A DNA stretch of 63,626 nucleotides, the filler included, from Trichomonas gallinae (taxonomy: Eukaryota): the NCBI GenBank assembly GCA_008369845.1. It is 6 parts of 6 records of this genome, joined end to end, with 100 filler letters (N's around TTAATTAATTAA, not from the genome) between each part and the next. Parts side by side here need not be neighbours in the genome. Positions count along the whole stretch, not along the records: positions 1 to 29,673 come from MRSU01000920.1; 5 more parts are not named here. The stretch is one strand, 5' to 3'. The notes beneath the pieces were generated by a model. That model had not been told where the DNA came from. It made no database searches and saw nothing but the letters and a program-made list of their open reading frames with translations. The position numbers were made by a program, and so were the translations under genes. Positions 9,713 through 19,949 of this stretch are shown here, piece by piece; the first letter of the stretch is position 1, and every line of letters starts with the position of its first letter.

Positions 9713-11323
9713 TTAATTATATTTCCTCTTTTTCTCTGGTTGAGCGCATCTTCCAATCATTTCGAAAAAGATAATCAACAGGACAGCTATGCCACCGAGG
9801 ATGACAATAGGAGGCATTGTCTTCAGTTTTGCAGTGAATTTAACGAATGTATCAATGAAGAAGTTCTTTATCTGTCTTTTAACTTCTTCCGACCTCTTAG
9901 TTTCAGCAATGGCTTCTTTTGGTGCTTCAGCGACAATATCTGGGATATATTCTGTTGTATTAAAATTCATCAAGCCTTTGTTCGAAAATTCGATGTTAGT
10001 TCTGAACTCTTTCCATGTGGTGACTTCCCTCCACCTCGCGTATTTCTTCTCTTTCGGTTTAATGAAAATGAAATCTCCAGGTTCCAAGTCAAACTGGTCT
10101 CTGAACTCTGTTTCTATGGATAGATTGATCTCACCTGTCTCAATGTTCATAGCATTTGCGCCAATCTTGATATCCTCGGCAATCTCTCTTCCAGCGCAAT
10201 GAAGAATGCAGCGGCCAGGGCAAAGGCGCTCATAGTTAAGACGGTTGACGCTTGCAAACACAGGGAACGAGAAATGACGAGCGAGGGCTGCCAAACAACC
10301 GGCGTCCAAATCAAGAGGGGCTACAATAGGAATGACGGGTCCACCAAAAGTGTCATCTGCGGGGTGAGCCATTCTATAGAACACGAATGTCGGCAGGTCA
10401 ACCATTGACGTGGACCCGAGTGCTCTCGGGTAGTTGTTCTTAGTGTCCTTGTTGATTGTCGCGAAAGCGAAAACTGAATTATATTTCAAGAAAGCTGCAG
10501 CGAGAAGGAATGAGTTTGGAACGTCCTTGAGATCTGAGAAGAGAATTATATGAAGTTTGTCGAGGTTTTGTTTACGCCATTTCAACATTTCTTCATCTGA
10601 ATGAACAATTGTGACATCGGCGCCAAATCTTCTTGTAGCGAAGTTAATGACTTTGCCGAGTCTCATTTCGCCTGTGTATAAGTGATGATTGTCCTTCTTC
10701 GGATCATAAACAACTAATTGTGGAAAGCGCTTGACTCCGAACTTCTCGATGATCTTTGCTGAACTTTGTGCTTGCATACGAGCAATTCCAAACAGTAAAC
10801 CTGTCTTTTGGAAAAGATCTTCTAAAAATTGCTGATTTGATTGATAATCATAGTGATGCTGGTATATCAGGATAACCCACGGTCTTCCATCAGCTGTTTT
10901 GAACTGGAAGTTTCGGTCAGTCATTTCAATAACAACATCTCTATGTTCTCTTTTATCAAACTCACCATAATTGTGATTAGTTGTACGCGATGCCATTTCT
11001 CTGTTGATAATTTGACGAACAACGTCACCATTGTGATCCTTTTTTGGTGAATTATCCATTGATTCGTCAACTAAGCCGAGTTTGTCGTATGTTTCGCGTG
11101 CTTTAGGATCGCTGAGTAGTTCGTATGCGTCGTTGATCTTAATCCAAAGGGCTTGAGCGTTTTCTGCCTTATTTCGATCTGGATGGTATTTTTTAACTAA
11201 TCCTCTGTAAGCTTTGATGATATCAGTCTTCGTGGCCTTTCTTGTTACACCGAGAATTGCATAAGGATCTTGGCCTTTCACGAGGGCTGACTTAACAACA
11301 GTGAAGAAAAGAAGCAAAAACAT
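9713..11323 (-). CDS. ER-type DnaJ protein: signal peptide, J domain, thioredoxin-like folds, C-terminal TM (DNAJC16-like architecture)
   Basis: Likely start MFLLLFFTVVKS at 11323; DPYAILGV...KYHPDRN...INDAYELLSDP J domain; KFGVKRFPQLVVY thioredoxin-like segment; TM IVILGGIAVLLIIFF. Confidence 0.85.
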   Translation of the reverse strand: MFLLLFFTVVKSALVKGQDPYAILGVTRKATKTDIIKAYRGLVKKYHPDRNKAENAQALWIKINDAYELLSDPKARETYDKLGLVDESMDNSPKKDHNGDVVRQIINREMASRTTNHNYGEFDKREHRDVVIEMTDRNFQFKTADGRPWVILIYQHHYDYQSNQQFLEDLFQKTGLLFGIARMQAQSSAKIIEKFGVKRFPQLVVYDPKKDNHHLYTGEMRLGKVINFATRRFGADVTIVHSDEEMLKWRKQNLDKLHIILFSDLKDVPNSFLLAAAFLKYNSVFAFATINKDTKNNYPRALGSTSMVDLPTFVFYRMAHPADDTFGGPVIPIVAPLDLDAGCLAALARHFSFPVFASVNRLNYERLCPGRCILHCAGREIAEDIKIGANAMNIETGEINLSIETEFRDQFDLEPGDFIFIKPKEKKYARWREVTTWKEFRTNIEFSNKGLMNFNTTEYIPDIVAEAPKEAIAETKRSEEVKRQIKNFFIDTFVKFTAKLKTMPPIVILGGIAVLLIIFFEMIGRCAQPEKKRKYN

Positions 11324-11769
11324 TTTTTGATTCATTTCAATGCTGATACATGCATAAATAGGATTCCATAGCTTATTAAAGACGATTTTACTGAGAAATT
11401 TTCCTCGAAACTCCAATTTTATTTTGGTCGCAGAAATATATTTAAAATTGAACCAATAACAACATTGCATTCGCTTCAACACTTAAAAATAAGTCATTTC
11501 ACATTACATTTCATATGATATTTCATATTTCGATATTTTATATTTTGATATTTTACAGATTTAAAACAATGAATAGTTACATTTGTTACATTGAGTCATA
11601 AAGATTTAATTGTAACCTGTAAAACAAAATAATATTATGTCAAATTTTATATTGAAGCAAAATCTCATTCTTTGTAGGAATGATCAAAATTTAATGGTTC
11701 TATATTGTTTAAATTTAGTGTATTAAGATCTAAAAAAATATAAAATAAAATATAAAAATGAAATTGTAG

Positions 11770-11826
11770 GACCATGCCTTTAGCCAGCCCAATGTCGATG
11801 TACTGGCCCTTTTAATGGTCACAGTT
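11770..11826 (+). ncRNA. Candidate single-hairpin box H/ACA snoRNA
   Basis: GC-rich island: lower stem GACCAT/ATGGTC, internal pocket GCCTTTA/CCTTTTA, upper stem GCCAG/CTGGC, ACA immediately after the stem, 13-14 nt from the pocket top. Confidence 0.45.
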
Positions 11827-11928
11827 GCACTCCTTCGTTGAACAGAAGCGAGCGAGAAAAAAGAAAAAAATGCAACAATGCAAGTTTATGTCACTTTTAT
11901 TCATGTCACTTTTCAGTCTTTTTTAAAG

Positions 11929-13626
11929 ATGATGGAAATAACGCGAATTGAGAAAGAGAATCAGCGCTTGATTCGTAAAATGTGCGCTACAGGACCCAAT
12001 CCGCGTAAGTTAGTTGTTCATCCTATGTTCAAGAACTTTATTTCGAGAATTACAGATGGACCAACACTTCAGAAGAGTTTCGAGAAAATCAATTACTATG
12101 AACCAAACTACCAATTCACGAGCGGAAATTATGCAATTATTCTCCCGCCAGAAATTCCAATTGTCAAGCAAGTAATAAATGATTTAAATAACTCGAGAGA
12201 AGTTCCGAATATTCAACTTTGGTTCCAACCACATCTCACTGACGTTGTCACTGCTTTCTTGGTTGACACAGATAATGCTCCACTCAACATATTGCAGACA
12301 TTCCCAGAAGAAAATAATTCTGCCGAGAAGGCAGGAAGAAAAGAGAGGAAGAATCTCGAAATATATGATCTGGGCATCGAGCTCCTGCCACTCGACGAGG
12401 ATGTTCTTACGATGAACCAAAGACTCGCATTCGTTGAAGGCTGGATATTGAGAGATTTAACAATTGTCTCAAACGTCCGCAAAGCGTTCGACATACTCAT
12501 CCAAAAGATGGGCGCATATGCCAGTATCACAGCAATCGGTTCATATGCCACCGCGATTGCCAAAACTCTTCCTTCTGCAAACGACCTCAATTCACTTCAT
12601 TTAATCATTATCGATAGAAATACAGACTTAATTACACCCTGCATCACTCAAATGAACTACGAGGGCCTTATTGCTGAATATTTCGGTATAAACTGCGGCC
12701 TCGTTTCATTGAATGCCGATTCTAAGAATCTCATGCTCCTTTCATCTACAGTCGATCCACTCTTCCGCTCATTCTGCCATCTTAATCACTCCGAATTATC
12801 TCATGAGATCGCAACAAGAATGCAGCAGCTTTCTGGCGCCCTCTCCAAGAAGGACAGCAGTGAAAACTTCAACGATATGGTTGGAAACTTCCGTAAAACA
12901 GCACAGATTACTCTCGAAAATAAGACAATCACCGACCACGTCAATATCGCAGAAGAACTCTACAACAGGATGACTAAGAGCAAGTACATCAAACAATCCA
13001 TGAGCGGAGAAGCTGATGCCCTTGAAGGAAATGCATCGCTTCATACACTTGTAACAGAAATGCTCGAGATTGGCGGAGATTTGAGAGAAGAAGCAAGAAT
13101 GTTATGCCTTGAAACAATGCTCAAAGGAGGTGTCCCAGATTTCCATAAATACGTTCAACAAATTTGCTTCAACCACGGTATCCAGCAGGTCCCATACCTC
13201 ATGAGGCTTTGCGACTGCGGAATGCTCGATAAGCCGGTTGTTAAATGGGCTAATTTCGTCAAACCTTTCAAACTCTATAACACAGAGTACGACAAGACTG
13301 GTGATGAGGCCGCTATGTCATACCTCGGCTACGCGCCACTCTCCATCCGCTACGTCGAGAATATCGTCCGCAAAGATTTCGCAACAGTCCAGAGACTCGT
13401 TGGCGACAGCTTCGAGACATACCAAAGCGGCATCCCACAACAGAATGGAGCATATATTGTTTTCTTCGTCGGTGGATGCACACACTCAGAGCTTAACTCG
13501 CTCAGAAGACTCGCAATCAAGGGACCGGCCAAATTCTCTGTTGTTACGACAAATATGTTCTCATCCAGAGAATTCTTCGAGTCCATCGGATTCGCCATTC
13601 CTGGATGGAGACCAATACATGTCTAA
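11929..13626 (+). CDS. Sec1/Munc18 family protein, Vps33-like
   Basis: LLPLDEDVLTM, LIIIDRNTDLITPCITQMNYEGLI, SYLGYAPLSIR, VFFVGGCTHSE motifs; two GTCACTTT Inr motifs upstream of ATG 11929. Confidence 0.85.
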   Translation: MMEITRIEKENQRLIRKMCATGPNPRKLVVHPMFKNFISRITDGPTLQKSFEKINYYEPNYQFTSGNYAIILPPEIPIVKQVINDLNNSREVPNIQLWFQPHLTDVVTAFLVDTDNAPLNILQTFPEENNSAEKAGRKERKNLEIYDLGIELLPLDEDVLTMNQRLAFVEGWILRDLTIVSNVRKAFDILIQKMGAYASITAIGSYATAIAKTLPSANDLNSLHLIIIDRNTDLITPCITQMNYEGLIAEYFGINCGLVSLNADSKNLMLLSSTVDPLFRSFCHLNHSELSHEIATRMQQLSGALSKKDSSENFNDMVGNFRKTAQITLENKTITDHVNIAEELYNRMTKSKYIKQSMSGEADALEGNASLHTLVTEMLEIGGDLREEARMLCLETMLKGGVPDFHKYVQQICFNHGIQQVPYLMRLCDCGMLDKPVVKWANFVKPFKLYNTEYDKTGDEAAMSYLGYAPLSIRYVENIVRKDFATVQRLVGDSFETYQSGIPQQNGAYIVFFVGGCTHSELNSLRRLAIKGPAKFSVVTTNMFSSREFFESIGFAIPGWRPIHV

Positions 13627-14083
13627 AAAAAAATGTTTTATCAATTATTATAAGAAGCATGATTTTACTGCGTAGCTTGTATTTTTGATGTTTTTGTGAT
13701 TCTATTACGTTCTTTTTCTTTGCAAAATATAATATTTTTTTGGTTTTTAAGTCTATTACTATAATTGAATGAAAAATATTTGTTTTTTCGTGTAAATATT
13801 TCATCCCTAAACAACGGTGAAATAATTTCGTTGCAATTTTTTCAATTGATAATATTACTTTAATAAATGTCCCGTTTAATGTTGTAATGCCTCTACATAG
13901 ATTTTTATACTTTACACTCAAGTGCTCAATACGAAAATTTGAAGTTTTTCACTTCGATCGAATAAAAGATTTTGCAAAAAGTTGCTATTATGAAAGAATA
14001 TGTATTTCGGTGTAATAAAAAACCAAAATCTCGCAAAAAATTCAAAAACTAAACCGATAAAAAATTGTAAATTTTACAAAATT

Positions 14084-14812
14084 ATGCTCAGCGTCTTTTT
14101 TAATCTGATTAACTCAGCATCGAAGAATAAAGTCTATGCGTCATGCGCTAACAAGGAGTGCGATAAAGAAATCAGTGATAGAACATCTTTTAGAAAAGGC
14201 GTTGATAGAATTGCAATTACAATGAACTTTACAGGCTATAAACCAGAGAATGCATCACTTGACTGCAGCCAAACAACATGCAAACTTGAATCAGTTTTTA
14301 CTAAATTCTATCCAATTGTTGATCAATACTCAATTTTCCAGTTCCAAGATAAAGATTGCAAATACACTCGCTATTACAATAGCACTGTTAGCTTCATGGG
14401 TGGTATAAATAATTCAATCTCATCTGCCTCTTGGTATTACAGGCCTCCAACCAATCCAGATATTGTCACATCATTCTTCAGCCTCAAAATTTATTTAACT
14501 ACTGGAAAACTTACTGGCATTCAATTTGATACAAATTATGATAACGCAAGTTGCCTTAATGATCTCTTCGAGGCAGGACTCCCATACCGTTGCTCAAAGA
14601 AGCTGCCTCCAAATTACGACTGCGCTAACAATATGACTATAGTTCAGACATTTGTTGGCTTTGGTGGCACAGATTCTAAAGGCATTCCACTAGAGTCATT
14701 GCAATTACTCCCATCTACATTTGTTAAATTTGGATTTGGCGGATTAATTGAAAAAGTTTACAATAAGGCTATTAATGCTTACGATTGGGTTAAGGACCTA
14801 TTCACTTTTTAG
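14084..14812 (+). CDS. Cys-containing secreted-type hypothetical protein
   Basis: Probable start MLSVFFNLINS (short trichomonad-type signal); several paired Cys; C-terminal VGFGGTDSKG segment. Confidence 0.7.
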   Translation: MLSVFFNLINSASKNKVYASCANKECDKEISDRTSFRKGVDRIAITMNFTGYKPENASLDCSQTTCKLESVFTKFYPIVDQYSIFQFQDKDCKYTRYYNSTVSFMGGINNSISSASWYYRPPTNPDIVTSFFSLKIYLTTGKLTGIQFDTNYDNASCLNDLFEAGLPYRCSKKLPPNYDCANNMTIVQTFVGFGGTDSKGIPLESLQLLPSTFVKFGFGGLIEKVYNKAINAYDWVKDLFTF

Positions 14813-15226
14813 TTAACTCGTATTAGATCTTATAATGCATATATCATTTTTTCTTTTTTTTTATTTAAACAAAAAAATAACATTTTATTCATTCTTTTAT
14901 ACAAGAATAAAAGAACTAAACTAATGTTCTGGGACATTGATATAAAAATTAAAGATATTAAAATTATGAATAAATATTAATTAAAATTAGAACTTTACAT
15001 TACCATAGTATTAATGAGAACTTGAATATCAACACAATGAATAGTAATTCAATATACTAATGCATAGGATTGATTAATATATTATCAATAAAATAGAATT
15101 TTGACATGCTAATTATAATCTATGTTTTGAGAGGTTTTATTTGCATGAATTTTGTTGATGAATATATATTCACCCCTGTTTAATTTTTCAACACCCGGGT
15201 TTATGATGTGAAAAAAGTGTCAGTCA

Positions 15227-18200
15227 ATGAATTCAGAATCAGCGGAAAAATTAATTTCTTATATAATAGACGACAATAGTCAGGAATTTGCCAAGCTTTG
15301 TCCTAGCGTATTCCCGCTATACTCCTTCCCCACACAGTTTTACAAGCCCAGCGCGGAACAAAAAATTCTTCATGATCAACCACCGCTTGTTTCAATTTGC
15401 GTTTTCTACGGTGCCATAAAGTGCTTGGAATACATGTCTTCCAAAGGCGCTGATTTCACAGATGTTGATGATTTCGGAAGAGAGCCAATTCATTTCCTTG
15501 GAAATGCACCGAACATTTCAAAATTAATCAAGTTCTTCATGAGGAAAGGCATTAATTTCAACTCTACTGATAACAGCGACAAGAATCTTTTGACGAAAGC
15601 ACTCGAAATGGAGGATTCTGCACTGCTAAAGTTCATTTTGCAGAACAAGATTTGCTCATATAAGACAGATTCTCAAGGACACTCTCCATTCTACATCGCA
15701 GTTCAATCTGGAATTTTATCTTCCGTTCAAACGGTTTTCGAGCTTTACTACGAACAGGTTCTTTCTGAAATTACTTCCAGCGATGATGCAATCAACTGTG
15801 CCATTCAAAACGGACACACAGAAATTGTGATATATCTTATGAACAAGCAATCTGGCCGTGAATCAGGTCATCACATCAACACAGCTATTCTCCTCTCGAA
15901 TCAAGAGTTATTGGAGTATTTCATCAAAATTGGCGAAGATGTTAATCAACCGGACGAAATTGGCTACACTCCGCTTGTTTTTGCTATCCAGCGCGATGAA
16001 ATCAAGATGGTTGACTATCTTTTAGATCATGGAGCCAATCCTTTGCTCGGTGGAAGTGAAATGCCATTCAAAACAGCAATTGAAGTATCTTCGACGGAAG
16101 TCATCAACAGATTCATCGAGAGACTCAAGGATATCAACGCTCTCGATCAGAAAGGCTACTCAATGCTTCATTATTCAGCAGATCACAAACCATATGATGA
16201 AACAATCTTCATGAAGCTGATACGCAGCGGAGCAAACTTATCTACAGAAGCTAGAGATGGATCCACACCAGCAGAACTTCTCGTTCGCGCTGGAGATCCA
16301 CGCGCAATTGAAGCTCTCATCAGAAATAACACTCCAATGGTAACAGAAGGCTATTCAATCCTTCATTGTGCAGCTTCTTTCAACAACACAGACATTATGA
16401 AGCTTGTTCTCGATACACACAAGATAAATGTCGAAATGAATTTCGGAGATCAAACACCTTTAATGGCAGCAGCATCAGCTAACCCAGAGTTCTCATTCCC
16501 TCTTGAATCAGGCGACGTCCCATCAGTTCTTGATGATATCTCAGCCCTTCTTGATGTAGAAACATTCGAAGAACACTTCAAGGCCGCAATCATGCTCATT
16601 AAATACGGCGCTGACCCAACAAACCCAGATGTTCTCAACAACGCTATCATCAGCGGTGACCCACTCGCTGTTTTCTTCCTTCTGATCATGGGCGCGAATC
16701 CAGCGGCACTCTATAATGGACGAACATTAGTCTCAGAAGCAAACGATCGCGGATTTGCAATAATCGCTCAGATTTTGCTTTTCTTCGGTGCTGTTGATGA
16801 TGATGTCGAAGTCCATGAAGAAGACATCCCGTTGTTCCAGATTATTTACTCTTCCAATGCTATACTGCAGATATGCACGAGATTTTCTCCGCCCGAAATT
16901 TTGAGGTTTGTCATAGAAAAAGGTGACGGAATCATTGACATCGATGAGGAAGACAACCATGGAAACAGGCCGATCTACCAAGCTATTACAGCTGGCATGA
17001 TCATGAACCTAGAAGTTCTCTTCGAATACGACGCGGCGAGGACAACAATCGACATTTCTCACCCGAACCTGATCTACTCTTTAGCCGCTACACCACAGAT
17101 ATCATTGGTGAAGTCGAAGACTACACAGATGAGGTATGAAATCTTGACGCGTGTCGTCGAGCATCTCATCGACTGCGGAGAAGAGATTGACGCAGTTGAT
17201 GCACAAGGAAAGAGTTCATTAGTTATTGCTTTTGAAAAGAGGAACATGAGAATGGTGGAAGTATTAATGAGGCACAACGCTCGCAGAGACTTCTTCAGCT
17301 CTTATCAGTCTTTCTTCCAATATATTGTTTCTCTCACAAATCTTTCTGAGTCGAGGGAAAAGCACATCGACTTCACTAGGTATATACAGACAGACTTCAA
17401 CCGTCAGCCAGATGACGACTTCGAAATGAATGGTACAAATATAGACATTTCAATGATGGCCCATATAATCGTCCTGGCAATCAAACTCGGCGAGAAAATT
17501 GACGCCCCGATGCCCAACAACGAAACAATTTTGCACGTTTTCTGTCGCCACAATCTTATTTCTCTTGTCGATTATCTTGTCCAGAAAGGTGCAAACATCA
17601 ATGCCGAAGATAACAACAAGCAGACTCCAATCCACCACATTGCCATTGCTGGTGACTGCGACAACGTCGAGCGCCTCGATAACATTCAGAACGTCCACTA
17701 CAACGAGGTCGACAATTTCGGAAGAACACCTTTCTCTTATGCATGCCAGCACTCTAAGGGTCCATTCCTCGCCTTCTTGGTCGAGCACGGCGCCAGTGTC
17801 AACTTCGTTGACTTCGACGGCATACCGCCAATTAACTACGCAGTCTTAGAAGGAAACGTCGAAGCATTTAGATTCCTTCTGAGAAACGAAGCTTCACCGT
17901 TCGCTAGTGATAAGAACAGAATCGCTCCTATCCATATAGCAGCAGAGAAGGGCCTCATGGAAATCATGTACGATCTCGTGAGACTCCCTGGACAGATAAG
18001 ACTGAGAGATGCACATGGCAACACTCCATTGCATTATGCTGTTAGAAACAACCAGCTCCAAGTCATTCGGTTATTATGCAAGGATCCAACAACAATATCA
18101 GAGCTCAACAATGATAGAGATACTCCACTCACACTAGCTTCAAACGCAACAAACATCGACCTCGTCAGCTACTTCTTTTCTCTTGGAGCCAAATTCTCTC

Positions 18201-19558
18201 CATCGCAGGCCTATAACGCAATCCGCGGCCCGTTAATGAGAAGAGAATACGAGTTCGCAAGACAGATGCTTGAGCATGGTCTCCATCCTTACCTCAAGTC
18301 AGGCAAGAACTCTCTCTTGACATGGGCAGTATTAAGGAGAGACTTGGACACGATCAAGTGGCTCATTTCAACAGCAAAAGTCATGCAGCCAGCTAAAGAC
18401 ATGGACTTCACTGCTTTCGCGGCTGCATACGTTCTCGAATACGACGATCTCTGCATGTTCTTGGCTAATGTCTATCCTAACAATAACCACACAGCAATAT
18501 TAGGAGCATTCATGCCAAACTTGCCGCAGAGAATTGCTGAAATCCGTGGCAGAAGGTCAGACGAAATCCACAACAATCTTCTCAAAGAAGTCATCAAGTT
18601 CGGCCAGAGGTATCTACCAGCTGACCTCAGAAACTTCATCCAAGTCACAAGGCGCTACACTATGTACCAGTTCCTCATGGCAGCGCTCGAACAACTCGAC
18701 TATCAAGCATTGCTGCAGGAAACAGACAGGGCCAAACTCGAAGCGGCATTCAACAGAATATCAATGCCACTGTTCCAGCTCATGCTCCAGAAGATAGACC
18801 TACCGATGATCAAGAGAGCGATATTCGAAGGCAGCGTCGATGACATGCAGGCAGTTTTGACAGGACTTAACTTCGACATCACACAGAAAGTTTTAGGACA
18901 GTCCGCCACTGATGCAATCAGGACAGCAATAAACGTCGAAGAACCTGAAGTCAAGAGGGACGTCATCCTCAAGCTCGCCGTCGAAATGATCAGAATCTCA
19001 TACAGAAGGAACAGAATAGAGATGATGCAGGCAGCTCTTGAGGCTGGTGCATCTCCTAACATAAGAAATGAAGAAGGTTTCACTTTGCTCCACGTCGCAG
19101 TTTTAAACGGTGACGCTGAAATGGTCAAGCTTTTGCTGAAATACGGCGCTAACCAGAATAAGCTCAACAAGTCGACAATGAGAATGCCAATAGATGACGC
19201 TGTCAGAATGAAGAACCCAGAGATTGTCCAGATATTGATTGCATATGGTGCAGATATGGCACACTACGATGAAAACGGAAATACTTTCATTCACGCTATC
19301 ATTCATACAGGACAGAACGAGCTCCTCAAGGCTATTTTGTCTTGGGGTGTCTCAACACAGATCAGAAACAACGAGAACAAAACACTGCTCCACACAGCCA
19401 TCGAAACGCAGAACGTCGAAGCATGCAGAATCTTGCTCGACAACTACGCTTTGACAGACGTCGCAGATAACAACGGTAACACACCTGGTAAGCTCGCTAT
19501 GAACTCACAGAACCCAGATATCACTATGATTCTCTTCAGCCGTGGCCAGCGCGCATAA
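15227..19558 (+). CDS. Large ankyrin-repeat protein, 1443 aa
   Basis: Many TPLH/TLLH-type ankyrin repeats (GYTPLVFAI, GNTPLHYAV, GFTLLHVAV). Confidence 0.93.
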   Translation: MNSESAEKLISYIIDDNSQEFAKLCPSVFPLYSFPTQFYKPSAEQKILHDQPPLVSICVFYGAIKCLEYMSSKGADFTDVDDFGREPIHFLGNAPNISKLIKFFMRKGINFNSTDNSDKNLLTKALEMEDSALLKFILQNKICSYKTDSQGHSPFYIAVQSGILSSVQTVFELYYEQVLSEITSSDDAINCAIQNGHTEIVIYLMNKQSGRESGHHINTAILLSNQELLEYFIKIGEDVNQPDEIGYTPLVFAIQRDEIKMVDYLLDHGANPLLGGSEMPFKTAIEVSSTEVINRFIERLKDINALDQKGYSMLHYSADHKPYDETIFMKLIRSGANLSTEARDGSTPAELLVRAGDPRAIEALIRNNTPMVTEGYSILHCAASFNNTDIMKLVLDTHKINVEMNFGDQTPLMAAASANPEFSFPLESGDVPSVLDDISALLDVETFEEHFKAAIMLIKYGADPTNPDVLNNAIISGDPLAVFFLLIMGANPAALYNGRTLVSEANDRGFAIIAQILLFFGAVDDDVEVHEEDIPLFQIIYSSNAILQICTRFSPPEILRFVIEKGDGIIDIDEEDNHGNRPIYQAITAGMIMNLEVLFEYDAARTTIDISHPNLIYSLAATPQISLVKSKTTQMRYEILTRVVEHLIDCGEEIDAVDAQGKSSLVIAFEKRNMRMVEVLMRHNARRDFFSSYQSFFQYIVSLTNLSESREKHIDFTRYIQTDFNRQPDDDFEMNGTNIDISMMAHIIVLAIKLGEKIDAPMPNNETILHVFCRHNLISLVDYLVQKGANINAEDNNKQTPIHHIAIAGDCDNVERLDNIQNVHYNEVDNFGRTPFSYACQHSKGPFLAFLVEHGASVNFVDFDGIPPINYAVLEGNVEAFRFLLRNEASPFASDKNRIAPIHIAAEKGLMEIMYDLVRLPGQIRLRDAHGNTPLHYAVRNNQLQVIRLLCKDPTTISELNNDRDTPLTLASNATNIDLVSYFFSLGAKFSPSQAYNAIRGPLMRREYEFARQMLEHGLHPYLKSGKNSLLTWAVLRRDLDTIKWLISTAKVMQPAKDMDFTAFAAAYVLEYDDLCMFLANVYPNNNHTAILGAFMPNLPQRIAEIRGRRSDEIHNNLLKEVIKFGQRYLPADLRNFIQVTRRYTMYQFLMAALEQLDYQALLQETDRAKLEAAFNRISMPLFQLMLQKIDLPMIKRAIFEGSVDDMQAVLTGLNFDITQKVLGQSATDAIRTAINVEEPEVKRDVILKLAVEMIRISYRRNRIEMMQAALEAGASPNIRNEEGFTLLHVAVLNGDAEMVKLLLKYGANQNKLNKSTMRMPIDDAVRMKNPEIVQILIAYGADMAHYDENGNTFIHAIIHTGQNELLKAILSWGVSTQIRNNENKTLLHTAIETQNVEACRILLDNYALTDVADNNGNTPGKLAMNSQNPDITMILFSRGQRA

Positions 19559-19949
19559 GAAATATTATTTTTTATAAATATAAAATTATATTGTTTTGCA
19601 ACTTTAGACATTTTTCAACAAAAACATCAAATATAAAAATCTATTACATCATACATTTAAAATATGAAATTTTATTAAATGAGAAAATATTGATATTCAA
19701 GAACACAAAATATAGATTTTTTGGTAGTAAAAACTTTAAAAATTGCCATTACTCAGTAATATAATCAACTTGAAAAAATCATTAAATATATAAAAAAAAA
19801 GATGCTAATGACTATTGTTATAATTCACTCATTAAGAAGTAAAGAAATATTCGTATTGGCTGAATCTAGCTTTGATTCATAGGAAAAATGAATTTTGTCA
19901 ATTGTCAAATGTCAGATATTCTTGAATGTTCGGAGGACGATAAAGAAAA

